Part shown: positions 10,297 through 20,548 of the stretch, one piece after another
How the letters are laid out: each line of letters begins with the position of its first letter
How positions within the stretch are numbered: position 1 is the stretch's first letter
Virus record (IMG/VR): IMGVR_UViG_3300031857_000029
DNA length: 64,000 nt
Reading direction: 5' to 3' (one strand)
From: a virus
Made by a program: the position numbers and the translations under genes
Notes under the pieces: model-generated
The model's input: only the letters and a program-made list of their open reading frames with translations
What the model was told of the DNA's origin: nothing
Databases searched by the model: none

Positions 10297-12441
10297 ATGA
10301 CCAAGCACAAAGCACACAGTTCCTATTGGGTTGACGATACTTCCGTCTTTGATTTCGATACGGAGGATGTCAATAAGGATGAGCTTGACGTTTCTGCGGG
10401 TATTGACCGTATCGTGAAGCTTGCTACGATTCGTCGAGCTGTTGCCAACTTCGTTCGTATTCTCACGAATGATTCTTCTATTCATGTTAAGTATTCGTCA
10501 GGTCGGGATTCATACACCGATGGTAAGACGGTGGTGATTTCGGCTGACCACAATACTTCAAACTTTGACCCGATGGTTGGTCTTGCTTTGCATGAAGGGT
10601 CGCACTGTCTCCTTTCTGATTTCGGTTTCCTTCGTGCGATTAATCAACATCACGAAGTGTTCTACTCTGCGCTTCATCCCGACCTTCGGAAGTTGGTGAA
10701 GGTGAAGGCGGTTCGTGACGGTAATTATGATGTTTATGACAACATGCGTGAGAATCAGGCTATTCTCAATACACTTCGTCGGTATATTCAGCAGTTGATG
10801 AATATCATTGAGGACCGCCGTATTGATTCGTATGTGTATCGTTCGGCTCCTGGCTATCGTCCGTACTATGATGCGATGTATAAGAAGTATTTCTTTAATT
10901 CTGATGTGGAAAAGAATCTCCAGTTCAATCCCGACTGGCGTAAGCCGACTGTGGAGAATTATGTGAATTGGCTTCTTATGATTTTCTCTCCGCACTTTGA
11001 CAAGAAGGCGTTGCCGGGGCTGTCCAAGATGGTAGATATGATTGACCTCCAGAACATTCGTCGTTTTGATGAGAAGCATATGCCGGATTCTATCCGATGG
11101 AAGAAGTCTGGTGCGGTTGTATCCAATCCTGTTGCTGATAATGAACTTGTTGTTTACCATTATGACCAGTTCCCGCTTCTGTGGAAGACTGCGAACGAGC
11201 TGATGGTGGAGATTCTCAAGCGCGCCAAGTTCTATGCTGACCAAGAGGATGAGAACAATTCTGGCGATGATGGAATGGATGGTATTCCTATTGAGATGGA
11301 AGATGATGGCAAGGAGCTGGAGGGTGAGGGGATGCCGAATTATGACCTTCCACAGAAGAAGTTTAATGCGGGTAGGGGTAAGAAGGCAATGGAGAAGATG
11401 AAGGACATTCAGAATCAGACTGCTCGTAAGAAGAAAATTAAGAAGAATGAGCAGACGCAGATTGAGTCTATGGAATCTGCGGCGGCTGAAATGTCGGAGA
11501 ATTCTGACCCGATTTATGGAAAGGTTCCGTGCCTCGTTACGAAGAAGCTCACGAAGGAAATTATGAAGTCGGATTGGTTCCCATTTGCGAATGTGTGGGC
11601 GTTTAGTGGTGATGGTACGTGGCGCGACTCTGACCGTAACCAGACCTATCGTGGATTCCTTGCTGGGATTCGTATGGGACAGGTTCTCGCTCATAAGTTG
11701 CAGGTTCGTAACGAGCCGCAGATTACACACTTTACTCGTCAAGAGCATGGGAAGATTGACCGCCGTATCCTCTCGCAGTTGGGAATGGATATTGAGAATG
11801 TGTTCAAGCGGACTACGGTTGATTCGTACAATCCGGCTCTTCTCTATCTGTCGGTGGATGCCTCTGGTTCGATGTGGGGTGGCAAGTGGGAGCGTGTGAT
11901 GACGGTGATGACGGCTCTTGCCTTCGCCGCTGATAAGATTCGTAATCTTGATGTGGTGATTTCGCTCCGTGGAAATGTCGGTAGTGGGATTCCGACTGTG
12001 GCGGTTGTGTATGATAGCCGTGTAGATACGTTCGTCAAGGCGAAGGCACTGTTCCCATACCTTGCGTCTAACGGTTCTACTCCTGAGGGATTGTGCTACC
12101 ACAGCACGATTGAGTTGATGCAGGAGTGTGTCAAGACGCACACGGTATACTTCATCAACTTCTCTGATGGTGAGCCGGGGTGCTCGTTCAGCCACAACGG
12201 AAAGCGGTTTGACTATGGTGGTGAGCAGGCGATGAAGCAGACCAAGAATACGGTTCGTATCATGCGTGAGATGGGGATTCGTATTATGAGTTACTTCATT
12301 AGTGACTATCATTCTCACAATGAGTCCTACACGACGAAGTTCTTCCGCAATATGTATGGGCAAGAGGCGGAGTTCGTGGATGTAAAGAATGTGGTGAATG
12401 TTCTTAAGACCTTGAACAAGCTCCTACTGATTAAGGAATAA
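10297..12441 (+). CDS. vWA-domain protein with N-terminal HExxH metallopeptidase-like domain (CobT-like MoxR partner)
   Basis: LHEGSH, NIIEDRRID; MIDAS VDASGSM, STPEG, FSDGEP. Confidence 0.85.
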   Translation: MTKHKAHSSYWVDDTSVFDFDTEDVNKDELDVSAGIDRIVKLATIRRAVANFVRILTNDSSIHVKYSSGRDSYTDGKTVVISADHNTSNFDPMVGLALHEGSHCLLSDFGFLRAINQHHEVFYSALHPDLRKLVKVKAVRDGNYDVYDNMRENQAILNTLRRYIQQLMNIIEDRRIDSYVYRSAPGYRPYYDAMYKKYFFNSDVEKNLQFNPDWRKPTVENYVNWLLMIFSPHFDKKALPGLSKMVDMIDLQNIRRFDEKHMPDSIRWKKSGAVVSNPVADNELVVYHYDQFPLLWKTANELMVEILKRAKFYADQEDENNSGDDGMDGIPIEMEDDGKELEGEGMPNYDLPQKKFNAGRGKKAMEKMKDIQNQTARKKKIKKNEQTQIESMESAAAEMSENSDPIYGKVPCLVTKKLTKEIMKSDWFPFANVWAFSGDGTWRDSDRNQTYRGFLAGIRMGQVLAHKLQVRNEPQITHFTRQEHGKIDRRILSQLGMDIENVFKRTTVDSYNPALLYLSVDASGSMWGGKWERVMTVMTALAFAADKIRNLDVVISLRGNVGSGIPTVAVVYDSRVDTFVKAKALFPYLASNGSTPEGLCYHSTIELMQECVKTHTVYFINFSDGEPGCSFSHNGKRFDYGGEQAMKQTKNTVRIMREMGIRIMSYFISDYHSHNESYTTKFFRNMYGQEAEFVDVKNVVNVLKTLNKLLLIKE

Positions 12442-12459
12442 AAGAATAAATCGGAAATA

Positions 12460-12489
12460 GGAAACCTCCACAGAAATGTGGGGGTTTTC
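12460..12489 (+). terminator. intrinsic terminator
   Basis: AAACCTCCACA-GAAA-TGTGGGGGTTT hairpin plus T tract. Confidence 0.75.
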
Positions 12490-12533
12490 TGTTATTATAT
12501 CCTATTTATATATTGACCTCTTTAGGTGATTAT

Positions 12534-13907
12534 ATGACACAGCACAAGATTGTAAAAATACCAGATTGGGTAACGCCAGAATCGGAAACATTTTTAAATG
12601 AAGTAGGCTTACAAGGTTGGGAATTGGTGCATTTGTACAATCAACATGCGTACATGAAAGCTTCAACTGCTGGAACCTTAGCAAGTGGTTCTACAAGTAC
12701 GGCGGTGGATGCATTTGGTCGTCAACGTGTGTCCGAAGTTTATACACTAAATGATTACAAACACATTTATGCAATTGACAATAACTTCGTTGATTTCACC
12801 GCATCGAATGGAACGATAACATTTAATCCAAATCGTTCATCGGTAACCCTCGCTGTTCCAGCGACATCAGGAAGTCGTGCAGTACATCAAACAAAGATGT
12901 ATCACAACTATATGCCGGGAAAGAGTCAATTAATTCTTAGCAGTGTTGTAATGGGTGCAGCACAAGCTGGAGTCATTAAACGCACTGGATATTATGATGA
13001 CCACAATGGTATCTTCATTGAACAAGACCAAACAGGTAGTTTACAACTTGTTATTCGTTCATCTACTAATGGCACTGGGTCAATAACAGAAGAACGAGTT
13101 AAACAAGAAAACTGGAGTATCAATACACTACTCTCTGGTGATTTCGTACTTGATATTACCAAATCACAACTCTTCTATATTGATTTCCAATGGTTAGCAG
13201 TTGGTCGTGTTCGTTGTGGATTCGTATATAAAGGAAGCACGGTTATCTGTCATACCTTTGACCACTCAAATACAACTGCGGTGGCATATATGACGAACCC
13301 AAATCTTCCTATTCGTTGTGAAGTCATCAACACATCCACAGCTTCTACAGGAAGTATGGAACAAATCTGTTCGACGGTTGGTAGTGAAGGTGGATATATG
13401 GAAAGTGGGATTGCACAAGCACTGAGTAGTCCATCCCTTCGTAGTTTAACGTCCAGTGCAACGATGCCTGTGATGGCCGTTCGATTAAAAAATTCATATT
13501 CGGGATTACCAAATCGTGCATTCGTTCGTGTGACCAGTGTTGGTGCATTTACAGAAAGTCAAACGGTGCAATATCAATTAGTAAAACTTCCAGCGTCCTC
13601 CTCACTTATTGGCGGTAGTTGGGTGTCGGTAGGTGATAATTCTGTTGTTGAATATAACACCACCGCAACTTCGTATGGATTAACTAGTGGTAGTGCATTA
13701 CTTGGTGGATTTATTTTCGCAGGTGGTGTTGGTGGTGGTAATAATATCGCCGGACAACAACAAACACCTGGTATTGATACCCGCGTTAATTTCATCGCCC
13801 AAAACTATAATAGTGATAATAGTGAAATTTATATACTTGCTGTAAAAAATATGACTACCAGCACTACCAACATTGGTGGTACTATAATGTGGAGAGAAGT
13901 TTACTAA
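12534..13907 (+). CDS. conserved phage hypothetical protein (beta-rich, possibly virion)
   Basis: Long ORF, AGGTGA RBS before ATG 12534, DAFGRQRVS motif, TATTTATA upstream. Confidence 0.7.
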   Translation: MTQHKIVKIPDWVTPESETFLNEVGLQGWELVHLYNQHAYMKASTAGTLASGSTSTAVDAFGRQRVSEVYTLNDYKHIYAIDNNFVDFTASNGTITFNPNRSSVTLAVPATSGSRAVHQTKMYHNYMPGKSQLILSSVVMGAAQAGVIKRTGYYDDHNGIFIEQDQTGSLQLVIRSSTNGTGSITEERVKQENWSINTLLSGDFVLDITKSQLFYIDFQWLAVGRVRCGFVYKGSTVICHTFDHSNTTAVAYMTNPNLPIRCEVINTSTASTGSMEQICSTVGSEGGYMESGIAQALSSPSLRSLTSSATMPVMAVRLKNSYSGLPNRAFVRVTSVGAFTESQTVQYQLVKLPASSSLIGGSWVSVGDNSVVEYNTTATSYGLTSGSALLGGFIFAGGVGGGNNIAGQQQTPGIDTRVNFIAQNYNSDNSEIYILAVKNMTTSTTNIGGTIMWREVY

Positions 13908-13947
13908 TTTTCTTGATATTTATAATCACACTTAACTGAGTAATAAT

Positions 13948-14145
13948 ATGGCCGGATTCTGGTATAAAGTCGAAGTCATGCCTTCTGGGTCTGCTAACCT
14001 CACTTCGTGGTTAGATACCCAAGGAGCAAGTAAATGGCAATTAGTACAAGTTATTCCCACCTCTACTGTCATTACCAGTGGTAGCGGGACATCTACTGTC
14101 ACAAGTGGTCAAGTACTTTGCTATTTCATTTCTGGTTCAAATTAA
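13948..14145 (+). CDS. small hypothetical protein, DUF4177-like
   Basis: LDTQGASKWQLVQV resembles LNEVGLQGWELVHL in the preceding gene. Confidence 0.55.
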   Translation: MAGFWYKVEVMPSGSANLTSWLDTQGASKWQLVQVIPTSTVITSGSGTSTVTSGQVLCYFISGSN

Positions 14146-14168
14146 TATTTTAATTAATAGTTTATAAT

Positions 14169-14194
14169 AAGGACACCTTCGGGTGTCCTTTTTT
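14169..14194 (+). terminator. intrinsic terminator
   Basis: AAGGACACC-TTCG-GGTGTCCTT plus T tract. Confidence 0.85.
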
Positions 14195-14210
14195 ATTACC
14201 TTATATTAGG

Positions 14211-14269
14211 AATCTTAATGAAATCTTAATGTTGGTGAAATTGACAAATACGAGTGTGCGGTATATATT
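14211..14269 (+). promoter_or_regulatory. operator copy 2 plus sigma70 promoter
   Basis: 23-bp repeat then TTGACA(14241)-17-TATATT(14264). Confidence 0.8.
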
Positions 14270-14307
14270 TCAGTATGTTCAAAATCACACCAAACTACGA
14301 GGGTTAC

Positions 14308-15471
14308 ATGGATACGATTGTAAAGGTTCTGGATGATATGACTGCTGTTGACGCCAACGGTAAGGATGTGACCCGCAAGGTTCCAGTCCACGCCCGTAAG
14401 CGAGCCCTCCACAATGAGTGTGCTCTTCGTCTGGTCAAGACCAAGACGGGTAAGACGCAGTGGCGTGACACCGACCTTTCCGATTTCGAGGCTCTTGCCA
14501 AGCAGGCGGTTCCGACCAAGCGCACTGGTAATGTGAAGAACGAGTTGGAGAAGGATGTTACCGATTTCCTTTCCAAGTGCGAGGAGTTGAAGCCCGACCA
14601 TCTCATTATCTCGCCGTTGAAGTGGCGGTATCTGATGCGCTCGGTTCTTCGTGGTAAGAATATTCTGATGACTGGTCCTTCGGGTTGTGGTAAGACTCTT
14701 GCCGCTCAGACGATTGCGGGAGCACTGGACGGTCGTGAGTTCTTCTACTTCAATGTCGGTGCGACCCAAGACCCGCGTTCTACTCTTATCGGAAATACCC
14801 ATTACAGCAAGGACAAGGGAACCTTCGTCGCAGAGGCTCTGTTCGTCAAGGCGATTCAGACGCCGAACGCTATCATTCTTCTTGACGAGCTGACCCGTGG
14901 TCACGCTGACGCCTGGAATATTCTGATGACGGTGCTTGACGAGAATCAGCGGTATCTTCGTATTGACGAAATGCCGAATACGCCGACCATCAAGGTGGCG
15001 AAGGGTGTGACCTTTATCGCCACTGCGAACATCGGTGCTGAGTATACTGCAACCCGTGTTCTTGACCGAGCAATGTTGGACCGTTTCGCTTCGATTGTCG
15101 AGATGGAGCCGCTCAGCATGAGTGATGAGGTCACGCTTCTTCAGATGACCTATCCTGAGGTTGAGATTAACCTTCTGGAGTCTATCGCAGAGATTGCTGA
15201 CCACACCAGGCAGCAGGTTCGTAGCGAAGACCCGAAGGTGACCACCTCTATCTCGTCACGTATCACGGTCGAGATGGCGGGTCTATTGAATGATGGGTTC
15301 TCACTTGCGGAGACGGCTGAGGCTTGTATCTATCCCTTCTTCTCAAACGCCGGTGGGAATGACTCTGAGCGGACCTATATGAAGCAGTTGGTCCAGAAGT
15401 ATCTCCCCGTGGCCGGTGGTGCTACTGCTCCGTGGGAGCAGCCGACGAAGAACCCTGCGGACCCCTTTTAA
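14308..15471 (+). CDS. MoxR/CbbQ/CobS-type AAA+ ATPase
   Basis: Walker A GPSGCGKT, Walker B ILLDELTR, ATAN, LDRAMLDRF; GAGG RBS before ATG 14308. Confidence 0.9.
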   Translation: MDTIVKVLDDMTAVDANGKDVTRKVPVHARKRALHNECALRLVKTKTGKTQWRDTDLSDFEALAKQAVPTKRTGNVKNELEKDVTDFLSKCEELKPDHLIISPLKWRYLMRSVLRGKNILMTGPSGCGKTLAAQTIAGALDGREFFYFNVGATQDPRSTLIGNTHYSKDKGTFVAEALFVKAIQTPNAIILLDELTRGHADAWNILMTVLDENQRYLRIDEMPNTPTIKVAKGVTFIATANIGAEYTATRVLDRAMLDRFASIVEMEPLSMSDEVTLLQMTYPEVEINLLESIAEIADHTRQQVRSEDPKVTTSISSRITVEMAGLLNDGFSLAETAEACIYPFFSNAGGNDSERTYMKQLVQKYLPVAGGATAPWEQPTKNPADPF

Positions 15472-15480
15472 TACAAATAT

Positions 15481-15795
15481 ATGAAACTCCGTATCAAGTC
15501 CAGTCTAGCCCCTGCCATCGTTCGGGGAACAAAGCATGACCGAATCGTGGCAGGGACTATCTGGGAAGTCAATGGTGAGAAGTGGGACCACTACTTTGTG
15601 GCGGTTACGCCTGGTATCACCTTTGAGCAGATTGAATGGGTACGTAATATTCCCGTTGCAGAATATACAGAGAAGAATGTGTGGAGTACGAAGGGTAACG
15701 AGAAGTATGTAGTGCGTACATACAAGGATGGACGTAAGACTTGCACGTGTTATGGGTTCATGTATCGTAAACAATGTAAACATACAAAGGTGTAA
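15481..15795 (+). CDS. SWIM zinc-finger protein
   Basis: CTCYGFMYRKQCKH. Confidence 0.75.
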   Translation: MKLRIKSSLAPAIVRGTKHDRIVAGTIWEVNGEKWDHYFVAVTPGITFEQIEWVRNIPVAEYTEKNVWSTKGNEKYVVRTYKDGRKTCTCYGFMYRKQCKHTKV

Positions 15796-15796
15796 A

Positions 15797-16138
15797 ATGG
15801 ATATCAGTCAGTTGAAGCAAGAGGCAGCAATTGCCGCAGACCAGATTGAAATTGGATGGGATAAGTTAGAGAACCCCACCTATCGTAAGGATTTTGAACG
15901 CACTCTCATTAAGGCATCTGCCTATGTCCCAGAGTTGGAGGGCTTGTATAAGAAGCTGACTGCGGGAGAAAGTGTGTTGAACTCCGATGAACAGACGCCA
16001 CTTTCCTATGAGGACTTGGAGAAGTATAGCAAGCTGGTGGAAGAGGAGCTCTTTAATGGCTATGTTCTGGAAGCTCTATATAAGAAGTATCGGGCAGTGG
16101 AGAATGTGATTCAGGCTGCTATTGATAATCCAGAGTAA
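15797..16138 (+). CDS. hypothetical protein
   Basis: AAGGTG RBS, operon position. Confidence 0.65.
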   Translation: MDISQLKQEAAIAADQIEIGWDKLENPTYRKDFERTLIKASAYVPELEGLYKKLTAGESVLNSDEQTPLSYEDLEKYSKLVEEELFNGYVLEALYKKYRAVENVIQAAIDNPE

Positions 16139-16171
16139 TTGTTAAACACTATTTAATTGAGGAAAAAGAAA

Positions 16172-16471
16172 ATGCACAAAGACGAAATCACCCTATCGGT
16201 CACCTCTTTCAATAAGACGACCAATATCACTCAACCCGACGATATTGATATGCATGAGTTCTTGGATAGCTGCCGGAGCCTCGCTATCGCCGCTGGATAT
16301 CACGAAGATAGCTGGAAGGATGCGGTCATTGAAATGTCTAATGAGTATTTGATTGAGGAAGAGAACCAGACCAATAAGCAGCTAGATGAGGTCTTGGCTC
16401 AGCATAAAGTCTATACGGGCAAGTCCAACCTGACAACCCATTGGGGTCCGCTCAACCCCACCGAGTGTTAA
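16172..16471 (+). CDS. hypothetical protein
   Basis: GAGG RBS, ORF. Confidence 0.65.
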   Translation: MHKDEITLSVTSFNKTTNITQPDDIDMHEFLDSCRSLAIAAGYHEDSWKDAVIEMSNEYLIEEENQTNKQLDEVLAQHKVYTGKSNLTTHWGPLNPTEC

Positions 16472-16576
16472 TAAATAGTATTTAATATAGAGTGGTTGAC
16501 AACCTGTGGTCACCCCCACTATATTTAATAATAATGCAAATAGTAGTAATACAGATACGCCTATAAAGGAGGCAGT

Positions 16577-16765
16577 ATGTACACCGGAAGCATAGACCAC
16601 GCCACACATGAACCCCTATATACCTGTTATACCTGTAGTACCCCAGTCGTTCCAGGTAACCCCGGCGTATACTGGAAAGACCACCGGGTATTCTGTAGTG
16701 CAGGTTGTGTCTATACCTACTATGAGGGGGAACCGGCGGCAGAGGCAGAGGACTACCAGCCTTAA
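16577..16765 (+). CDS. small Zn-finger hypothetical protein
   Basis: AAGGAGG RBS; CxxC...FCSxxC. Confidence 0.6.
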   Translation: MYTGSIDHATHEPLYTCYTCSTPVVPGNPGVYWKDHRVFCSAGCVYTYYEGEPAAEAEDYQP

Positions 16766-16942
16766 AATAACATATATCTTTAATATATAGTATTATTAAT
16801 TAACGCAATATCGGCTACAGGTGTCGTGATGGTGTCGTTATACCGTCACCCGCAGTTGAAAGGCTCGTGTTCATTCATCGCGAGCAAAATTTTTCCTGAA
16901 GTATAGCGTGTTTTCTATAAAGTCTTTTTCTTGGAGCGTGTT

Positions 16943-17125
16943 ATGTACGAGGTGAATCAACTCATTGAAATTATGAATCACTCTGAGCCGTCTTGTAATG
17001 GGCAATATGGGACTATTGAAAAGATTGAAATTGCCTATGACGGCTATACACACTACTATACGGTGCGCTTAGAGGACTCTGACCAGCTGTGTGTATGTAC
17101 TGATGATGAGATAATGGAGGCGTGA
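16943..17125 (+). CDS. small SH3-like hypothetical protein
   Basis: GGAG RBS; GQYGTIEKI...YTVRL pattern. Confidence 0.55.
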   Translation: MYEVNQLIEIMNHSEPSCNGQYGTIEKIEIAYDGYTHYYTVRLEDSDQLCVCTDDEIMEA

Positions 17126-17297
17126 CCGATATGAAAGAAGCGTTCTGGCTAATAGTCATCATAGCGTGTATTGTATATGCAGCGTTGACCGATGGACCGC
17201 CAAATGACAATACCTAATGGCTGGCCGTGGTTATTCGCGCTAATAACTACATTAGTATTGATGCGTATTAGCCGTAATATGGACCGCTAATAGGGGT

Positions 17298-17669
17298 CCG
17301 TTTTATCATATTTTATGGTCGTTTTATCATTTTTGGAGGTGGGGTATGCTGGTACGGGAATTATATAATCAGTTGACGCATGACCTACAAGCGCATGGGG
17401 AACTGGAGTTTATGGTACAGATTAAACAGCCAGACGGCAGTATTATTAATTGCGTGTATGTGGCTGACCGCTATGTATCACCAGCCAGTGAGGGGCCCCA
17501 TCGCTATGTCCTCCGCATGGTCCCGATGCAGGCATGGTCCGAAAGGGGAAGGAACGGCTCCTAATAATATGTTATAATGACAGGCCGTCAGACATTTTGA
17601 CATATTCCGGCCTGTGTTAAAATGACACACCGTTTTATCATATTTTGACCCCGTTTTATCATTTTTTGG
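17298..17669 (+). repeat. two near-identical 39-40 bp repeats, each holding two GTTTTATCA boxes
   Basis: 17298-17336 and 17630-17669: CCGTTTTATCATATTTT-N5-CGTTTTATCATTTTT. Confidence 0.8.
17346..17564 (+). CDS. hypothetical protein
   Basis: GGAGGT RBS. Confidence 0.55.
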   Translation: MLVRELYNQLTHDLQAHGELEFMVQIKQPDGSIINCVYVADRYVSPASEGPHRYVLRMVPMQAWSERGRNGS

Positions 17670-17706
17670 GTATTGACTTATTGACCGCTTTGGTGTAAAT
17701 TGCGGT

Positions 17707-17880
17707 ATGATTAAAAACATCCAGCGTGACGAGCAGGGCCGTGTGGAGTCCGGCACCTGCCACTGCGGCCACAAGGTGTGGCTCGGTGAATTCACCTGTG
17801 AGTGCGACCACTGCGGTCGGCTCTATAACTGGGCGGGGCAGGAGCTCATGCCCGTCGAGCACTGGGAGGAGGACTACTAG
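17707..17880 (+). CDS. small Zn-ribbon protein (57 aa), probably leaderless
   Basis: Hand-read MIKNIQRD...CHCG...CDHCG; TTGACT-17-TAAATT ends 5 nt before the ATG. Confidence 0.6.
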   Translation: MIKNIQRDEQGRVESGTCHCGHKVWLGEFTCECDHCGRLYNWAGQELMPVEHWEEDY

Positions 17881-18225
17881 GACCTGTCCAGCTTTCACGG
17901 TGGGGGCTGTCCAGGTTTGACGGTCCCCGTTAATAGGTTATATTGACAGGCGGGTGCGACATTATGACATTATGGCATTAACGCCCCGAAGATATCCCGA
18001 ACTACCGATAATGTGTATTATGTAAACCTGTTTTATCATTTTCAGGCAGGCCGTACATCGTCGGAACGGATGACGGCACAGCGCCCCATCACGGCAAGGG
18101 CATCCCGATATCCCATGCGCCGGGCATCCTTTATGCTTTTCGCCATTACGATCGTCTGCCAAGAGTAGTGCGCAGTCTTGCAAGTATAGACCCACTGCCG
18201 CATGCCCGATAGGTGGGGGAGCCGT

Positions 18226-18438
18226 TTAGTGAGCACGATAGGGCTCCAGGTATTGAATATTGCAGAAACCGATATGCTGGTCGCTCATCCTACGCACATG
18301 CCGTAGCTGTCCACTTGTCCTGCCGCCTGGGGGATTGACCACCTGCACCAGGTCGCCGGGCTGGAAACCGTCGAGCCACTCAAAGACGCTCAGGTCGGTG
18401 ATTGTATAAAGACTGCCGAGCCGTACACGCTTTGCCAT
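18226..18438 (-). CDS. hypothetical protein
   Basis: GAGG RBS, operon position. Confidence 0.5.
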   Translation of the reverse strand: MAKRVRLGSLYTITDLSVFEWLDGFQPGDLVQVVNPPGGRTSGQLRHVRRMSDQHIGFCNIQYLEPYRAH

Positions 18439-18439
18439 T

Positions 18440-18649
18440 TTAGAAAAGCCTCTCAATCGCTGAAGGTGTAACGCCCACCAGCATGAGTAGCTCCTCTGCG
18501 CCGTATACCTTGCGGGCATCGCAGGACTCGCAGGAGTAGGCTCGAGCGTCCGGCTCCACACCTTCCTGCTCATGTCCACACGCAATGCAGATGCCGATAT
18601 ACTCCCCAGACTCCACTGCCTCTAGCACTTGGTCAATTGAAATGCGCAT
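18440..18649 (-). CDS. Zn-ribbon protein
   Basis: CIACG...VEPDA...CESC. Confidence 0.7.
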   Translation of the reverse strand: MRISIDQVLEAVESGEYIGICIACGHEQEGVEPDARAYSCESCDARKVYGAEELLMLVGVTPSAIERLF

Positions 18650-18847
18650 TTTTATTTCCTCTTATCGTAGAATGTTGGCCCCAAGCTCCATCAGCTCGGT
18701 GCGTAGCTCGTTAAGGGCTTCCTCGACCTCGTAGTTATACGGGGCATTGTCCACTGCCTTTGCGAGAGCCTCGAACGTTTGGGCCACGATGTCTAACTGC
18801 GTCTTGAACATAGGATGGGCTGGGTTTGGGATATTCATGCTTTCCTC

Positions 18848-19249
18848 TTACTTGGTGAGAGTGTAGGGCTTGTTCCAGTCGCCCACCTTCAGGTTGTAGT
18901 AATACGCGGTGTCGAAGTAGTCCGTCTGAATGTCGGAGCGGTCGTAATAGTCGGCCGCCTTCAGCGCAGAAATCATCTCACCGATGAAATCCTTCGCCGT
19001 TCCATCCTTGTAGTGCTCGTCATACCAGTAGGGGTTCACCTCGAAGTTATACCGCTCCCGCACCGAGGCGATATCCATCATCGTGCGCTGCGTATTCATA
19101 TCCGCGAGGAAATCGATCGACCCAGACTTAAGGGTGCAGGTGATAGAGTGCTGAGTGCAGCGGAAGGTCGCCTTCATTCCATACTTAGCGAGTACGGGCT
19201 TAGCCGCCGTCACAATCTTCGCCTTACGCTCTTGGTTCATCCATGCCAT
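18848..19249 (-). CDS. conserved phage early hypothetical protein
   Basis: GGAG RBS, own promoter, D-x-SD-x-QTDYFD motif. Confidence 0.7.
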   Translation of the reverse strand: MAWMNQERKAKIVTAAKPVLAKYGMKATFRCTQHSITCTLKSGSIDFLADMNTQRTMMDIASVRERYNFEVNPYWYDEHYKDGTAKDFIGEMISALKAADYYDRSDIQTDYFDTAYYYNLKVGDWNKPYTLTK

Positions 19250-19442
19250 CTGCTTTCGTTCTCCGTTTAGGTTATAGTGTATTATAAACCTATATTGAAT
19301 AGAACACAAGGGGGTGGGGCATATTTCTTTTAATTGTTACAATTCCTTCGGTGTTTGTTCGGGTGTTTTATCATTGTTTTATCACGCGGGCAAAAAAGAA
19401 GCCCCCACCAGCCGAAGCCAGCAGGGGCACCTTCCCCATATG

Positions 19443-20276
19443 TTATGCGCGGGTCAAGAGAACCCGAGCGATAGACTCCCAGCGAGCGGGATTGTCTTTA
19501 GCCAATCCACAGAGCTTCATGAGGGTTCGGATAGACAGCTCTCGCAGGTTGTGTCGATGAGTAGCGAGGAACGAAAGGATAGGAGCCCGAAGGTTCTGGG
19601 GAACATCCTCACGGTCAAAAATCTTTCCAGCGTGGGCGATGTGATTCACCCACACACCGAGCTCGTCACGATTGTGAAGCCGAAGGTCAAGATACAGCGA
19701 GCGAGACATGAGAGCCTCGAAGTGCTGAGCGTACTTGTTCTTGCCCTCGTCCACGAAAGTCTGAAAGTCAAGATTCGAAATAAAAATCATTGCTCCGTTG
19801 AACTCGAACTGCTGGGGAATGTCAGCTTCCTTCAGCTGCGGAGCCTCCTTCATGTACGATACCTTACGGCTTGAGCTCGTATCGCAGAGCGCCTTGAGAA
19901 TGTTCAACGCATCCTCATCGTTGAAGATGGAGTCAGCGTCATCGAGGACAATCACGTTGCCCGGCTTCCGATACTTGTAAGCCAACATATAGAGATGAAT
20001 GGCGGAAAGTGAGCCGCGAACAATCTCGTGCGGTACATTAGAATGCTCAAGAATCTGCTCGACCGTATAAGTCTTGCCCACGCCGGGAGCGCCGGTCACT
20101 ACCATTGCGCGGATGTTCTGGGCAACGGCACCCTTTGTGAGAAGTGAAAGAATATCGAAACGCTCCTTTAGGTCGGAAAGAATCTGCGAGTCACTGCGGT
20201 TCTTCGGCTTGGACTGCTCTCGGGCAAGGATATCCTGCTTCGAGGGGCGACCACGCTTCACAATCTTGATGCTCAT
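19443..20276 (-). CDS. phage AAA-domain ATPase
   Basis: GAPGVGKT, IVLDDAD, FISN, ALMSR. Confidence 0.85.
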   Translation of the reverse strand: MSIKIVKRGRPSKQDILAREQSKPKNRSDSQILSDLKERFDILSLLTKGAVAQNIRAMVVTGAPGVGKTYTVEQILEHSNVPHEIVRGSLSAIHLYMLAYKYRKPGNVIVLDDADSIFNDEDALNILKALCDTSSSRKVSYMKEAPQLKEADIPQQFEFNGAMIFISNLDFQTFVDEGKNKYAQHFEALMSRSLYLDLRLHNRDELGVWVNHIAHAGKIFDREDVPQNLRAPILSFLATHRHNLRELSIRTLMKLCGLAKDNPARWESIARVLLTRA

Positions 20277-20335
20277 CTGTATCCTCTTTGGATGTTTGGG
20301 GAAGTCTCTAAATCTAACAGGTTGGGAAAGGTTTG

Positions 20336-20548
20336 TCAAGCCCTAGAGAGAACATAGGCAGACATCTGCTTCCCCTCGTTTCGGTACAGCTTCAGCTCGG
20401 ACCCCTCTCGCAGTCCCTTGGCTGCCCGCCCACCTAGGGCCGACACATAGTGCTTGCCCTTTGGTCCCTCGACTACATAGAACGGATTGCGAGTGCTGGG
20501 GGATTCAAGCAATTTCACAATGTCAATAAAGTTTTGCTTCATGTTCAA
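20336..20548 (-). CDS. hypothetical protein
   Basis: ORF in operon. Confidence 0.5.
   Translation of the reverse strand: MNMKQNFIDIVKLLESPSTRNPFYVVEGPKGKHYVSALGGRAAKGLREGSELKLYRNEGKQMSAYVLSRA

Noticed and set aside
10558-12363. 601-aa antisense ORF
   Set aside because: Shadow of the vWA gene caused by its codon bias; no motifs or RBS
14215-15204. 329-aa antisense ORF
   Set aside because: Shadow of the AAA ATPase gene
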